Assembly (NCBI GenBank): GCA_032718475.1
Contig: JAUCBJ010003100.1
Span: 1 to 64,000, forward strand
Length of the DNA stretch: 64,000 nucleotides
Direction: 5' to 3'
Origin: Nemertoderma westbladi
Taxonomy: Eukaryota > Animalia > Xenacoelomorpha
Both the position numbers and the translations under genes were made by a program. The notes below the pieces were generated by a model. The model had not been told where the DNA came from and did no database searches. It saw only the letters and a list, made by a program, of their open reading frames with translations. Each line of letters begins with the position of its first letter. Position 1 is the first letter of the stretch. Shown one piece after another: positions 36,516-48,934 of this stretch.

Positions 36516-37265
36516 GTTAGCGGCTATGAAGATCCTCTACCAGGCGTACGTCAGCACCTTCTGTGACCCAATCTGCGCTATGCTATGAAGATCCTCTACC
36601 AGGCGTACGTCAGCACCTTCTGTGACCCAATCTGCGCTATGGAATTATTAGTTAGCGGCTATGAAGATCCTCTACCAGGCCTACGTCAGCACCTTCTGTG
36701 ACCCAATCTGCGCTATGGAATTATTAGTTAGCGGCTATGAAGATCCTCTACCAGGCGTACGTCAGCACCTTCTGTGACCCAATCTGCGCTATGGAATTAT
36801 TAGTTAGCGGCTATGAAGATCCTCTACCAGGCGTACGTCAGCACCTTCTGTGACCCAATCTGCGCTATGCTATGAAGATCCTCTACCAGGCGTACGTCAG
36901 CACCTTCTGTGACCCAATCTGCGCTATGGAATTATTAGTTAGCGGCTATGAAGATCCTCTACCAGGCCTACGTCAGCACCTTCTGTGACCCAATCTGCGC
37001 TATGGAATTATTAGTTAGCGGCTATGAAGATCCTCTACCAGGCGTACGTCAGCACCTTCTGTGACCCAATCTGCGCTATGCTATGAAGATCCTCTACCAG
37101 GCGTACGTCAGCACCTTCTGTGACCCAATCTGCGCTATGCTATGAAGATCCTCTACCAGGCGTACGTCAGCACCTTCTGTGACCCAATCTGCGCTATGCT
37201 ATGAAGATCCTCTATCAGGCGTACGTCAGCACCTTCTGTGACCCAATCTGCGCTATGGAATTATT
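36516..37265. repeat. Tandem repeat, 11 units of 59 or 76 bp
   Basis: CTATGAAGATCC starts at 36524, 36583, 36659, 36735, 36811, 36870, 36946, 37022, 37081, 37140 and 37199. Confidence 0.95.
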
Positions 37266-37459
37266 GTCTACTAAAGCTACATTCTATAGCTATAAAATTA
37301 TTGATATACTAAAGCACTACGCACTTTCCTATGCATCCATTTGTGGATATAGGTTATCCTTATCCTGTATAGTATTGAGGTACTTATACATAATTCATTT
37401 GTTACCTAATTCCGACCTTTAGTTGTTATTGAGAGGCATAAATTACCATTTTAATTATT

Positions 37460-38717
37460 ACAAGAAAGGCATTTCCTAAAGGAAATGCAACCACGAAGCT
37501 AAGGAAAATTAAACAAACTTTCATTCATCAGTTCATTGCTTTACAGAGTTAAGAGGCATATGCCTTTAAAACTCATATTACCATGGCAACCGGAGTTTTC
37601 TAGAACTGCTGAGGTTTACATTACGATCCGGTTTGTGGTTCCAGGTGACACATACTTCAATTCAGTTTCATTGAGTAGTTAATGTGCAAAACTAAGGATT
37701 TAATTGTTAAAACGTCTGTTTGTAGTGGTTGTCATGGAAACTGAAAAATGGAACAATTTAAATTGGATGCGGAATTAGTGATATAGTGGGGGTAGGGATT
37801 GGTCCCAAGTCGTAATACCTTAAAGTTATGCTTCAAATAACCATTTTATAAATTTGAACATCTGTTTAGCATGGTTGCCCTGGTAACTGGATTTTTTAAT
37901 TATCCTCAATGAGCTCCACTATTGTCCTTATCATTGAGTTGAGAAACCCCAAGTTTATATCTATTGTGGTTATTCTATAAATAGAGTTATGAATATAGAC
38001 TTGAATTATATAATCTGTAATAAACTCCAGTTACCACGGTAACTAGATATTTCTGGAATGTTTTGAGTTTCACTAAAAGTTCCAACTAGTGGTCTAGTTA
38101 ACACATTCCCAGTTCCGTAAAATTTTATCGCGAAGTCTATGTACAAATGAGTTATTTTTGTATAAAAACATCTGTTTTCAGCGGTTGTCATGGTAACTGC
38201 AAAATTAAACAATGAAATTCGGACGTAGAATAAGTTATATAGTGGGGGTAGGGGTTGGTCCCAAGACATAATACCGTAACCTTAGGCTTCAAATTAACAT
38301 TTTATAAATTTTAATATCTGTTTAGCCCGGTTGCCAAGGTTACTGGATTTTCTATTCAACCTCAATCGGCTCTGCTGCGGACCTTATAGTTGAGTTGAGA
38401 AACCCCAAGTTTATATCTATTATAGTTTTCCTACAAATAGAGTTATAAATATTGACTTGAAATACATAGACTTTTTTCTAAGTCCGTTGCCATGGAAACC
38501 AGATTTTTCCTGGATATGAGACCCATCCCACACGACGCGCCTTGATGAGTAGTATATACATGCAAAATTTCAGGGTACTTTTAAAGGCTAGTTTTTTCAC
38601 CGGTCAAAAAACACTAAATCTGCCTCACACAAGTAAAATAGCCCACTATGAATAGACCATCTCAGCTAAGGAAAATCTTTCTTAGCGAAAGTAGTTGATT
38701 TTCCTTAACTTCGTGGA
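37460..38717 (-). mobile_element. HINE/DINE-1-like non-autonomous rolling-circle element, copy 1
   Basis: Asymmetric inverted repeat CCACGAAGCTAAGGAAAAT, with a terminal hairpin GCATTTCC-TAAA-GGAAATGC outside one repeat. Confidence 0.75.
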
Positions 38718-38794
38718 CACAGTCAAAAATAGACAATTTTAAATTTTGCGCGGGAAGGTTTAAAAACTTTAAATGCATTTTACTGGTCTTTATT

Positions 38795-40084
38795 ACGAGA
38801 AAGGCATTTCCTAAAGGAAATGCAACCACGAAGCTAAGGAAAATTTAACAAACGGCCACACTTTGGTTCGTTGCTTAGCCTCGTTTAGTAGCATTTGTCA
38901 ATAATTAACTTCTATTCCCATGGAAACTAGAGTTCTCTGGAACTGTTGCTTTAACCTTTGAAAAAAAATTCAGTACAGATTGTGGTTCAGATAACACATA
39001 TACTGAGTTTCAGAAAATATTGTAGTTTATGTCCAAATTACCGATTTTCTATCAAAATGCATCTGTTTGCAGTGGTTGTCATGGAAACTGAAAAATAGAA
39101 CAATGTAATTCGGATGCAGAATAAGTCATAATAATAATAATAATAAGTCATATAATGGGGGTAGGGGTTAGTCCCAAGTCATAATACTATTAACTTGTGC
39201 TTCAAATTATCATTTTATGAATTTTAACATCTGTTTAGACTTGTTGCTATGGTAATTGTATTTTCTAATTAACCTCAAACGGCTTGGATATGGATCATAT
39301 AGATGAGTTGCAAAACCCCAAGTTTATATATATTACAGTTTTGCTACAAATAGAGTTATCAATATAGACTTGAATGAGATAGAGTTTAATAAACTACAGT
39401 TACCATGGTAACTAAATTTCTGGAATAATTTAAGTTTCACTAAAAGTTCCAACTAGTGGTCCAGATAACACATACCCAGTTTTGTAAAATTTTATCGCGA
39501 AGTCTATGTCCAAATGAATAATTTTTGTATAAAAACATCTGTTTTCTGCGGTTGTCATGGTAACTGAAAAATAGAACAATGTAATTCGGATGCAGAATAA
39601 GTTATATAGTGGGGGTAAGGGTGGGTCCCAAGTCATAACACCTTGCCCTTAGGCCTCAAATTAACATTTTATAAATTTTAACATCTGTTTATCCTGGTTG
39701 CCAAGGTAACTGGATTTTCTATTTAACCTCAATCGGTTCTGCTATGGACCTTATAGTTGAGTTGAGAAACCCCAAGTTTATATCTATTATAGTTTTCCTA
39801 CAAATAGAGTTATAAATATTGACTTGAAATACATAGACTTTTTTTGAAGTCCGTTGCCATGGAAACCAGATTTTTCCTGGATATGAGACCCGGCCCAAAA
39901 GATGCGCCTCGACGAGTAGTACATACATGCAAAATTCCAGGGTACTTTTAAAGGCTAGATTTTTCTGGAGTCAAAAAACACTAAATCTGCCCCATACAAG
40001 TAAAATAGCCCACTATGAATAGACCATCTCAGCTAAGGAAAATCTTTCTTAGCGAAAGTAGTTGATTTTCCTTAGCTTCGTGGA
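38795..40084 (-). mobile_element. HINE-like element, copy 2
   Basis: Same termini and internal structure as copy 1. Confidence 0.75.
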
Positions 40085-40239
40085 TTTCTCGATTTTGGGA
40101 TTTTCTAAATTTTTTAAAATGCTACTCCTCCGCCATTTCTCAATGGACTTTGATTCTGTTTCTTTTGCTCTGCTCATAAACTCAATAAGAATATAATTCT
40201 TTGACAGAATTTCGAAACTAGAATTTGTTCTCATTTTAT

Positions 40240-41500
40240 ACGAGAAAGGCATTTCCTAAAGGAAATGCAACCACGAAGCTAAGGAAAATTAAACAAACGG
40301 CCACACTTTGGTTCGTTGCTTAGCCTCGTTTAGTAGCAATTGTCAATAATTAACTTCTATTCCAATGGAAACTAGAGTTCTCTGGAACTGTTGCTTTAAC
40401 CTTTGAAAAAAATTCAGTACAGATTGTGGTTCAGATAACACATATACTGAGTTTCAGAAAATATTGTAGTTACCGATTTTCTATCAAAATGCATCTGTTT
40501 GCAGTGGTTGTCATGGAAACTGAAAAATAGAACAATGTAATTCGGATGCAGAATAAGTCATATAGTGGGGGTAGGGGTTAGTCCCAAGTCATAATACTAT
40601 TAACTATTAACTTGTGCTTCAAATTATCATTTTATAAATTTAAACATCTGTTTAGACTTGTTGCTATGGTAACTGGATTTTCTAATTAACCTCAAACGGC
40701 TTGGATATGGATCTTATAGATGAGTTGCAAAACCCCAAGTTTATATATATTACAGTTTTGCTACAAATAGAGTTATCAATATAGACTTGAATGATATAGA
40801 GTTTAATAAACTACAGTTACCATGGTAACTAAATTTCTGGAATAATTTAAGTTTCACTAAAAGTTCCAACTAGTGGTCCAGATAACACATACCCAGTTTT
40901 GTAAAATTTTATCGCGAAGTCTATGTCCAAATGAATAATTTTTGTATAAAAACATCTGTTTTCAGCGGTTGTCATGGTAACTGAAAAATAGAACAATGTA
41001 ATTCGGATGCAGAATAAGTTATATAGTGGGGGTGGGGGTTGGTCCCAAGTCATAACACCTTGCCCTTAGGCCTCAAATTAACATTTTATAAGTTTTAACA
41101 TCTGTTTATCCCGGTTGCCAAGGTAACTGGATTTTCTATTTAACCTCAATTGGCTTTGCTATGGACCTTATAGTTGAGTTGAGAAACCCCAAGTTTATAT
41201 CTATTATAGTTTTCCTACAAATAGAGTTATAAATATTGACTTGAAATACATAGACTTTTTTCTAAGTCCGTTGCCATGGAAACCAGATTTTTCCTGGATA
41301 TGAGACCCGGCCCAAAAGATGCGCCTCATCGAGTAGTATATACATGCAAAATTTCAGGGTACTTTTAAAGGCTATTTTTTTCCGGAATCAAAAAAAACTA
41401 ATCTGCCCCATACAAGTAAAATAGCCCACTATGAATAGACCATCTCAGCTAAGGAAAATCTTTCTTAGCGAAAGTAGTTGATTTTCCTTAGCTTCGTGGA
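40240..41500 (-). mobile_element. HINE-like element, copy 3
   Basis: Same termini and internal structure. Confidence 0.75.
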
Positions 41501-41511
41501 ACCAAATATGT

Positions 41512-42788
41512 ACTAGAAAGGCATTTCCTAAAGGAAATGCAACCACGAAGCTAAGGAAAATTAAACAAAGGGCCACAATTTGGTTTGTTGCTTAGCCTAG
41601 TTTAGTAGCATTTGCCAATAAATAACTTCTATTCCCAGGGAAACTAGAGTTCTCTGGAACTGTTGGTTTTACCTTTGAAAAAACATTCAGTCCAGATTGT
41701 GGTTCAGATAACACTTTCCGAGTTTCAGAAAATATTGCAGTTTATGTCCAAATTACCGATTTTCTATCAAAATGCATCTGTTTGCAGTGGTTGTCATGGA
41801 AACTGAAAAATAGAACAATGTAATTCGGATGCAGAATAAGTCATATAAGCGGAGTAAGTCTTGGTCCCAAGTCATAATACTATTAACTTGTGCTTCAAAT
41901 TATCATTTTAAAAATTTTAACATCTGTTTAGTCTTGTTGCTATGGTAACTGGATTGTGTAATTAAGCTCGAATGGCTTGTACATATATGGACCTTATAGA
42001 TGAGTTGCAAAACCCCAAGTTTATATATATTACAGTTTTGCTACAAATAGTGTTATGAATATAGACTTGAATTATATAGACTTTAATAAACTACAGTTAC
42101 CATGGTAACTACTGTAGATATTTCTGGAATGTTTTGAGTTTCACTAAAACTTCCAACTAGTGGTCCAGATAACACATACCCAGTTTCGTAAAATTTTATC
42201 GCGAAGTTTATGTCCAAATGAATAATTTTTGTATAAAAACATCTGTTTGCAGAGGTTGTCATGGTAACTGCAAAATAAAACAATGAAATTCGGACGCAGA
42301 ATAAGTTATATAGTGGGGGTAGGGGTTGTTCCCAAGTCATAACATCTTAACCTTAAGCTTCAAATTAACATTTTATAAATTTTAACATCTGTTTAGCCCA
42401 GTTGCCAAGGTAACTGGATTTTCTAGTTAAACTCAATCGGCTCTGCTATGGACCTTATAGTTGTGTTGAGAAACCCCAAGTTTATATCTATTATAGTTTT
42501 CTTACAAATAGAGTTATAAATATTGACTTGAAATACATAGACTTTTTTCTAAGTCCGTTGCCATGGAAACCAGATTTTTCCTGGATATGAGACCCATCCC
42601 ACACGATGCGCCTCGACGAGTAGTACATACATGCAAAATTTCAGGGTACTTTTAAAGGCTAGTTTTTTCCGGAATCAAAAAAAAACAAATCTGCCCCATA
42701 CAAGTAAAATAGCCCACTATGAATAGACCATCTCAGCTAAGGAAAATCTTTCTTAGCGAAAGTAGTTGATTTTCCTTAGCTTCGTGGA
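41512..42788 (-). mobile_element. HINE-like element, copy 4
   Basis: Same termini; ends CTAGT on the minus strand. Confidence 0.75.
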
Positions 42789-42972
42789 TGAGAAAAGATT
42801 TTCTAAATTTTGAATTAAGAAAAGTGCCCTAAAAATTTAATTTTTGTGAAATTTGAAAATGTAAAAAGGACATAAATGATTTCATAAATAAGTTAGTTAG
42901 CTTATATTTATGTTGGCGTTTGGAGCCATGTTATAATAATATAGCTTGGCCCAACTGGTTATTAATAGCTAT

Positions 42973-44240
42973 ACGAGAAAGGCATTTCCTAAAGGAAATG
43001 CAACCACGAAGCTAAGGAAAATTAAACAAACGGCCACACTTTGGTTCGTTGCTTAGCCTCGTTTAGTAGCATTTGTCAATAATTAACTTCTATTCCCATG
43101 GAAACTAGAGTTCTCTGGAACTGTTGCTTTAACCTTTGAAAAAAAATTCAGTACAGATTGTGGTTCAGATAACACATATACTGAGTTTCAGAAAATATTG
43201 TAGTTTATGTCCAAATTACCGATTTTCTATCAAAATGCATTTGTTTGCAGTGGTTGTCATGGAAACTGAAAAATAGAACAATGTAATTCGGATGCAGAAT
43301 AAGTCATATAGTGGGCGTAGGGGTTAGTCCCAAGTCATAATACTATTAACTTGTGCTTCAAATTATCATTTTATAAATTTTAACATCTGTTTAGACTTGT
43401 TGCTATGGTAACTGTATTTTCTAATTAACCTCAAACGGCTTGGATATGGATCTTATAGATGAGTAGCAAAACCCCAAGTTTATATATATTACAGTTTTGC
43501 TACAAATAGAGTTATCAATATAGACTTGAATGATATAGAGTTTAATAAACTACAGTTACCATGGTAACTAAATTTCTGGAATAATTTATGTTTCACTAAA
43601 AGTTCCAACTAGTGGTCCAGATAACACATACCCAGTTTTGTAAAATTTTATCGCGAAGTCTATGTCCAAATGAATAATTTTTGTATAAAAACATCTGTTT
43701 TCAGCGGTTGTCATGGTAACTGAAAAATAGAACAATGTAATTCGGATGCAGAATAAGTTATATAGTGGGGGTAGGGGTTGGTCCCAAGTCATAACACCTT
43801 GCCCTTAGGCCTCAAATTAACATTTTATAAATTTTAACATCTGTTTAGCCCGGTTGCCAAGGTAACTGGATTTTCTATTTAACCTCAATCGGCTCTGCTA
43901 TGGACCTTATAGTTGAGTTGAGAAACCCCAAGTTTATATCTATTATAGTTTTCCTACAAATAGAGTTATAAATATTGACTTGAAATACATAGACTTTTTT
44001 TGAAGTCCGTTGCCATGGAAACCAGATTTTTCCTGGATATGAGACCCGGCCCAAAAGATGCGCCTCGACGAGTAGTATATACATGCAAAATTTCAGGGTA
44101 CTTTTAAAGGCTAGTTTTTTCACCGGTCAAAAAAAACCAAATCTGCCTCATACAAGTAAAATAGCCCACTATGAATACACCATCTCAGCTAAGGAAAATC
44201 TTTCTTAGCGAAAGTAGTTGATTTTCCTTAGCTTCGTGGA
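42973..44240 (-). mobile_element. HINE-like element, copy 5
   Basis: Same termini and internal structure. Confidence 0.75.
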
Positions 44241-44519
44241 CCCCGCCTACCGGTAGGTAATGCAGTAGGCCTATCTGGCTGTTAGGCAAATTTCCACCTA
44301 TTGTTTACGTGGTAACCAATGACGCCGTAACTTTACAGCTCGCCGTCATTGGTTACCACATAAACAAGGGACATTACAGCACCCAATACAATACTAAATG
44401 TACAGGCCAATACAATGCTGTAATGTCCTCAAAAGTTGTAAAGTGCTAAATAACAACTCGCTGTTAATACTAACGGCGTTGTTAATGTTACAATTTTGGA
44501 ATAAAAAATATTACATATA

Positions 44520-45005
44520 TTAAGAATGATGTGTCGGATTGTCGATAAAATTGCGCCGCCACAACTCCATAACAGTCATAACATTTGCTAGATCATCCGC
44601 ATCTTCAAGGATAGTGTATTTTAAGAGACGTCTCAAGAAATTCATGGGCTGTCCACCATGCTTATTCACTCCATGAGGACGCTCAAGCACAAGATTATGC
44701 ACTGGCTGGTCCTCACGGCGATAGCAATGTCCTGCAAAGCGAAGGCAGCGCAGTTAAAATGTCAAGCTAGGTGAGACTAATGAAATATCTCCAATGATGT
44801 ATAGAGTCTCATTGGAGATGAGTTCATTGTATTTGACAAAATAAACCCGGCTCAGCATTCTTGTGTAAGCATGCAGAGATTTGGTATGTTCTGCAGTTAA
44901 AGTCCAGTATGGACCCCATTTAAGGGGAATGATTATACTGCACCCCTAATTAATCGAACCTTGAGATTCTGTTTTATTCTATGGGACTTCCAAATCCTGG
45001 ACAGA
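44520..45005 (-). mobile_element. Decayed 3' fragment of the RTE-like LINE family also seen at 11121-11700
   Basis: Reverse complement matches ...GAGGACCAGCCAGTGCATAATCTTGT...GGACAGCCCATGA...GAAGATGC(A/G)GATGATCTAGCAAATG. Confidence 0.8.
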
Positions 45006-45483
45006 CATACATTCTATTATAAATTAGTGCATTATTGACGCACGTCTGTCTAACGTACTGATATAAATAAGTGCATTATTGGTATTTTCAACTATGTATA
45101 ACTATATATAGTTATACATCACCTTACCTATTATACATCACCTACTCATCACATATTAATACAGTATTTGATTTGCGCACCAACTCCAGATGCCACAGGA
45201 ACTGAGTTTAATTTTTCATTTAATTTAACATCAAACATTTAAAACGGCTATAACATAAACCTTGAGAATCCCACCACACCCATATCTTGTACAGTATAGA
45301 GCTTCTTGTACAGAATCCCACCACCCATCTCTTGTACAGAGTTTCTTCATTATCATCATATGCCTGAAAGGAAATCAAACATAAATTTTAGGCTTTTCCA
45401 GCATTTCAATCAAATATATAAAGAGCTCACAAATCAAATCGAACAATAGAACAATGATTACAAACTCATAAAATAATATACTA

Positions 45484-45733
45484 ATTTGGTAATTATAATC
45501 ATTATAATCTGTATGTATATATATATGTATATAATTATAATTTGGTAATTATAATCATTATAATCTGTATGTATATATATATGTATATAATTATAATTTG
45601 GTAATTATAATCATTATAATCTGTATGTATATATATATGTATATAATTATAATTTGGTAATTATAATCATTATAATCTGTATGTATATATATATGTATAT
45701 AATTATAATTTGGTAATTATAATCATTATAATC
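45484..45733. repeat. 56-bp AT-rich tandem repeat, ~4.5 copies
   Basis: TTTGGTAATT at 45485, 45541, 45597, 45653 and 45709. Confidence 0.92.
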
Positions 45734-46014
45734 AATAATTTCAATTTCATTGTTATAATAGGATGGGATCTCAATCCACATTTCCCATCTAATTATTATA
45801 ATGATTCATCAATAAATTAATATAATAAGTTACAATATTATTTTATCGGGCTTTTTATTACGGTTTTTGAGAATTATCTTTCGTATGATTCTAAAAAAAT
45901 TTAGTGTATTTTGAAGGGCAACTGTCTCGACTGTTACCTATAAGGCAGGGATGAGGGCGCCACACTAACTCCCAATGGTAAACACTCCGTAAATAAATTT
46001 ATTTTTATTTTTTT

Positions 46015-46165
46015 CTCCCCCAGCATAAGCCAGGTTCACATAGGCCTATCGCTGGGTTGGTTCTTACGAAATGGTAACTGGCTCGCCAAGGGATCGAATC
46101 CGGGACTCCCATCTAGAAGCATTCGAGTGACTACTCCACCAGCTAGATGGTTAAACGTAGCTAGC
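46015..46165 (-). mobile_element. Possible tRNA-derived SINE head
   Basis: B-box-like GGATTCGATCCC on the minus strand with an upstream A-box-like segment. Confidence 0.35.
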
Positions 46166-46888
46166 AACATTTGAAATTTCAAAATTTAGTTAGAAATTTT
46201 ATAGTTACTGTAATAAACATTTTGATAAATTACAGTAGATAAATAGTGGCAAACATTTGTTTTAATAACAATTTACCTACTTATGGCTCTACCTCCCCTT
46301 TACAGTATGCTGATTGGTTATATGAGTGAGTGAGATTATATGAGTGAGACTCGCAATTACTGTAATAAGTTTTCCAGCATAAATTGGTCGCATATGAAAT
46401 AAAATTTGTTTATTATATTGGTTAGAAAATAACTACACAGTAAACTGCTCCTTATTGTTTTAAATTAATTACGTTTTTTTAAAACCCATTTACAATGTAT
46501 CATTTTTGAGTTCATTTTTTTTGCATGTTCATTTGAATGAATTCGGAGGGAGTTAGGTGGATCTGCGGAATAGAGAAACCAACGTTTGGAGGAAGAAGAG
46601 TTGAGTAGCGCTGTGTTCTGGGGATACTTTAGTAAATAATGACCCTAAATTTGAGTCCGGTTTAAATATATTAGTGTTTGATCGTGAGGGATCCTACTTG
46701 GAGTTTATAGAGGAGGGCAACGTAATCTAGGTAGAATGCCAAGAGGCTTATATATCGGTTTAGAAGAAGTTTGGTAGTTCGAGGATATAAAGCAGCGGAC
46801 GTGAATGAGTGAAAAGGATGTTGAGTTTACGTAGCGGGAAGCAGTTGTTTTCAAAGGTTGTACGAATGCATTATATGAACTCGTACAG

Positions 46889-46932
46889 TTATATGGTGAA
46901 TGTGCGCAATGGATGAAGTTGATGCTCAATAT
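46889..46932 (-). CDS. Putative terminal coding exon of the CUB-domain gene (DIEHQLHPLRTFTI*)
   Basis: CTATTCAG acceptor, phase-1 compatible with the preceding exon; an alternative acceptor lies near 45364. Confidence 0.4.
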
Positions 46933-47043
46933 CTGAATAGAAATAAAAGTATAAACAAATTCGAAATTTTAAACAACAACTAATATCATTTGGATTTACA
47001 TTGATGATTCAATGATGATACAAATACTTTAATTCCACCTAAC

Positions 47044-47212
47044 CTTGCCAATTTATTTTGAATCCTGGGCGAGTAACTGAAGAATCAGAAGTGAACTTTA
47101 GAGTCATTATATTGCCAGTTGATGTAATAGGGGATGGTACATCGGCCCCAGACAACTTTGCCATTTGAGGTGGATCATCATTCCCTGACCACAACATAAG
47201 TCCATCGTAAAC
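47044..47212 (-). CDS. CUB domain exon, second half (not in the ORF track)
   Basis: AG|VYDG...KLSGADVPSPITSTGNIMTLKFTSDSSVTRPGFKINW|GT; 169 bp, phase 0 to 1. Confidence 0.9.
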
Positions 47213-48630
47213 CTTAAAAATAAAACAATGAATATGTGAATCAGGCTTATTTATTAAGCCAGGAAAATAAAACTAATGTGGTGTACCACAATATTTTGCC
47301 CCCCCCCCTACAGCCAAAATGGAAAAATCTCAATAGATGTGTTAAAACGCGTGTTAAGTAGAATTTAAATACAAATCTTTCTTACATCCAACTTTTATCA
47401 AGTTATAGCAGCTTTTACTCACAATCTTAGTAATATTAGAATAGGTGGATATTCAAATTAATTGTTTTTGTATTGACAAGCGATTGGTACTAAATTATTT
47501 GATATACCGTACCGGTACAAACCAAAACCAATAATAATAATAATGTTGTAATCTAATTTTTTAATCATTAATAAATGATAATGATGGGAATCGTGTTAAG
47601 CCACGAGCCGAGCCGAGCCGAGCTTTGGCTGTCGCATTTAGGATCACCCGCGATTTTCATTACGTACGAATTTCATTACAAAAAACTGGATTTCGATTGT
47701 CCGTGGCTGTTCATTGCGATGGGCGCAAGACAATTGGTCGAAGCCATTCGAAATTGGACGACCAATTGCTCTTTCACAAGAAACATGCAACATTATTATT
47801 GCTTCAAGCGGAAGACAACGGAAAAGCCATCGTGAAGTTCAGCGTGAAATCCGAGTTGACGCAACAACTCGTCCCCATTTAAACAATCGCTCGGCAAAGA
47901 GAGAGGGAGGGCATCAAAGAGAGAGAGAGGGCATCAAGAAATCCAATTGAAGACAGAACGAAATCGAGAGGATCGATTGCGGTTTGCGGCCTATTTAGAG
48001 GTTTGGACTGAAGATGTTTTTCTTCACCTTGCTCCTTAAAGTTTTTTGTGTGGACTGTGCGTCGGCCTAATTCACAAAATGACTAGATTTGGGCTCATAC
48101 ATTAGATGACATTCCAGAGGAGGAGCGCTATCGATCGATGCCCAATCAACCTGCATACATTGGGATCTTTGTTTGTTTCACAGCTCTTAAGATGATGTGG
48201 GTAGGATGTTGGACAATCCTGGAATGGGAATATTTTCGAAATATCCTAACTCAGCATATTATTGCATTCCTTCACAACGCAGACAATGTCTTGGATGCTG
48301 AGTGTTGAATGCTGGATGTTGTTTTGATGATCCATGATAGAGCACCATGCGTGCCCTCGCAACACAAGACCTCTTATGAACAAGTGGTTTACATTTCTTT
48401 AGCAAATGAAGATGGCCAATTCCCTGCCGCTTCTCCTACTTTATGTGGTGCTGAAGATATTGGTTCAAACCTAAAGAGCAGGATGGAGGAGCTATGCATC
48501 ATCAACCACTAACTCAGGCTATACTCCATGAGAAACTTCTTCTGGCTCTAAGCGAGTTGGAAAACCGTGTATAATTATTTCAAGTAATGTAATAGAAATA
48601 TAATTGTGAGTGAGTCTGAATGTTTCTTAC

Positions 48631-48815
48631 ATAGAGGGGGTCCCAGTAGTTTTCTGTACGGAAGGCCTCAAAAGTTATTTTGACTTTTTTCCCTGGAGAT
48701 GCTCGGATATAGTAAATGCATTCATCAATATCAGCTCCATAATTATTAGGATAATTTGGTGATTCAATGGGATAGTTGTGGTATTCTCCAAATGAACCCC
48801 TTCCACTTCCGCATC
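48631..48815 (-). CDS. CUB domain exon, first half
   Basis: TTTCAG|CG...IESPNYPNNY...CIYYI...KVKITFEAFRTE..DPLY|GTAAG; 185 bp, phase 1 to 0, in frame with 47212. Confidence 0.9.
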
Positions 48816-48934
48816 CTGAAAGCATCAAAAATGAGAAATAAAAGCTTGAGGTAATATAAAATATAATTGATGAATATGATTTCACTAAAATAGACCACTG
48901 GTTCATTGACAATAAAAACTTTAGAAATTTAATA

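Noticed and set aside
37460-44240. True CRISPR or integron array; the short recurring ORFs (MTWDQPLPP...) as genes
   Set aside because: The repeats are 1.3-kb transposon-like units; the ORFs vary in length between copies and have no domain.
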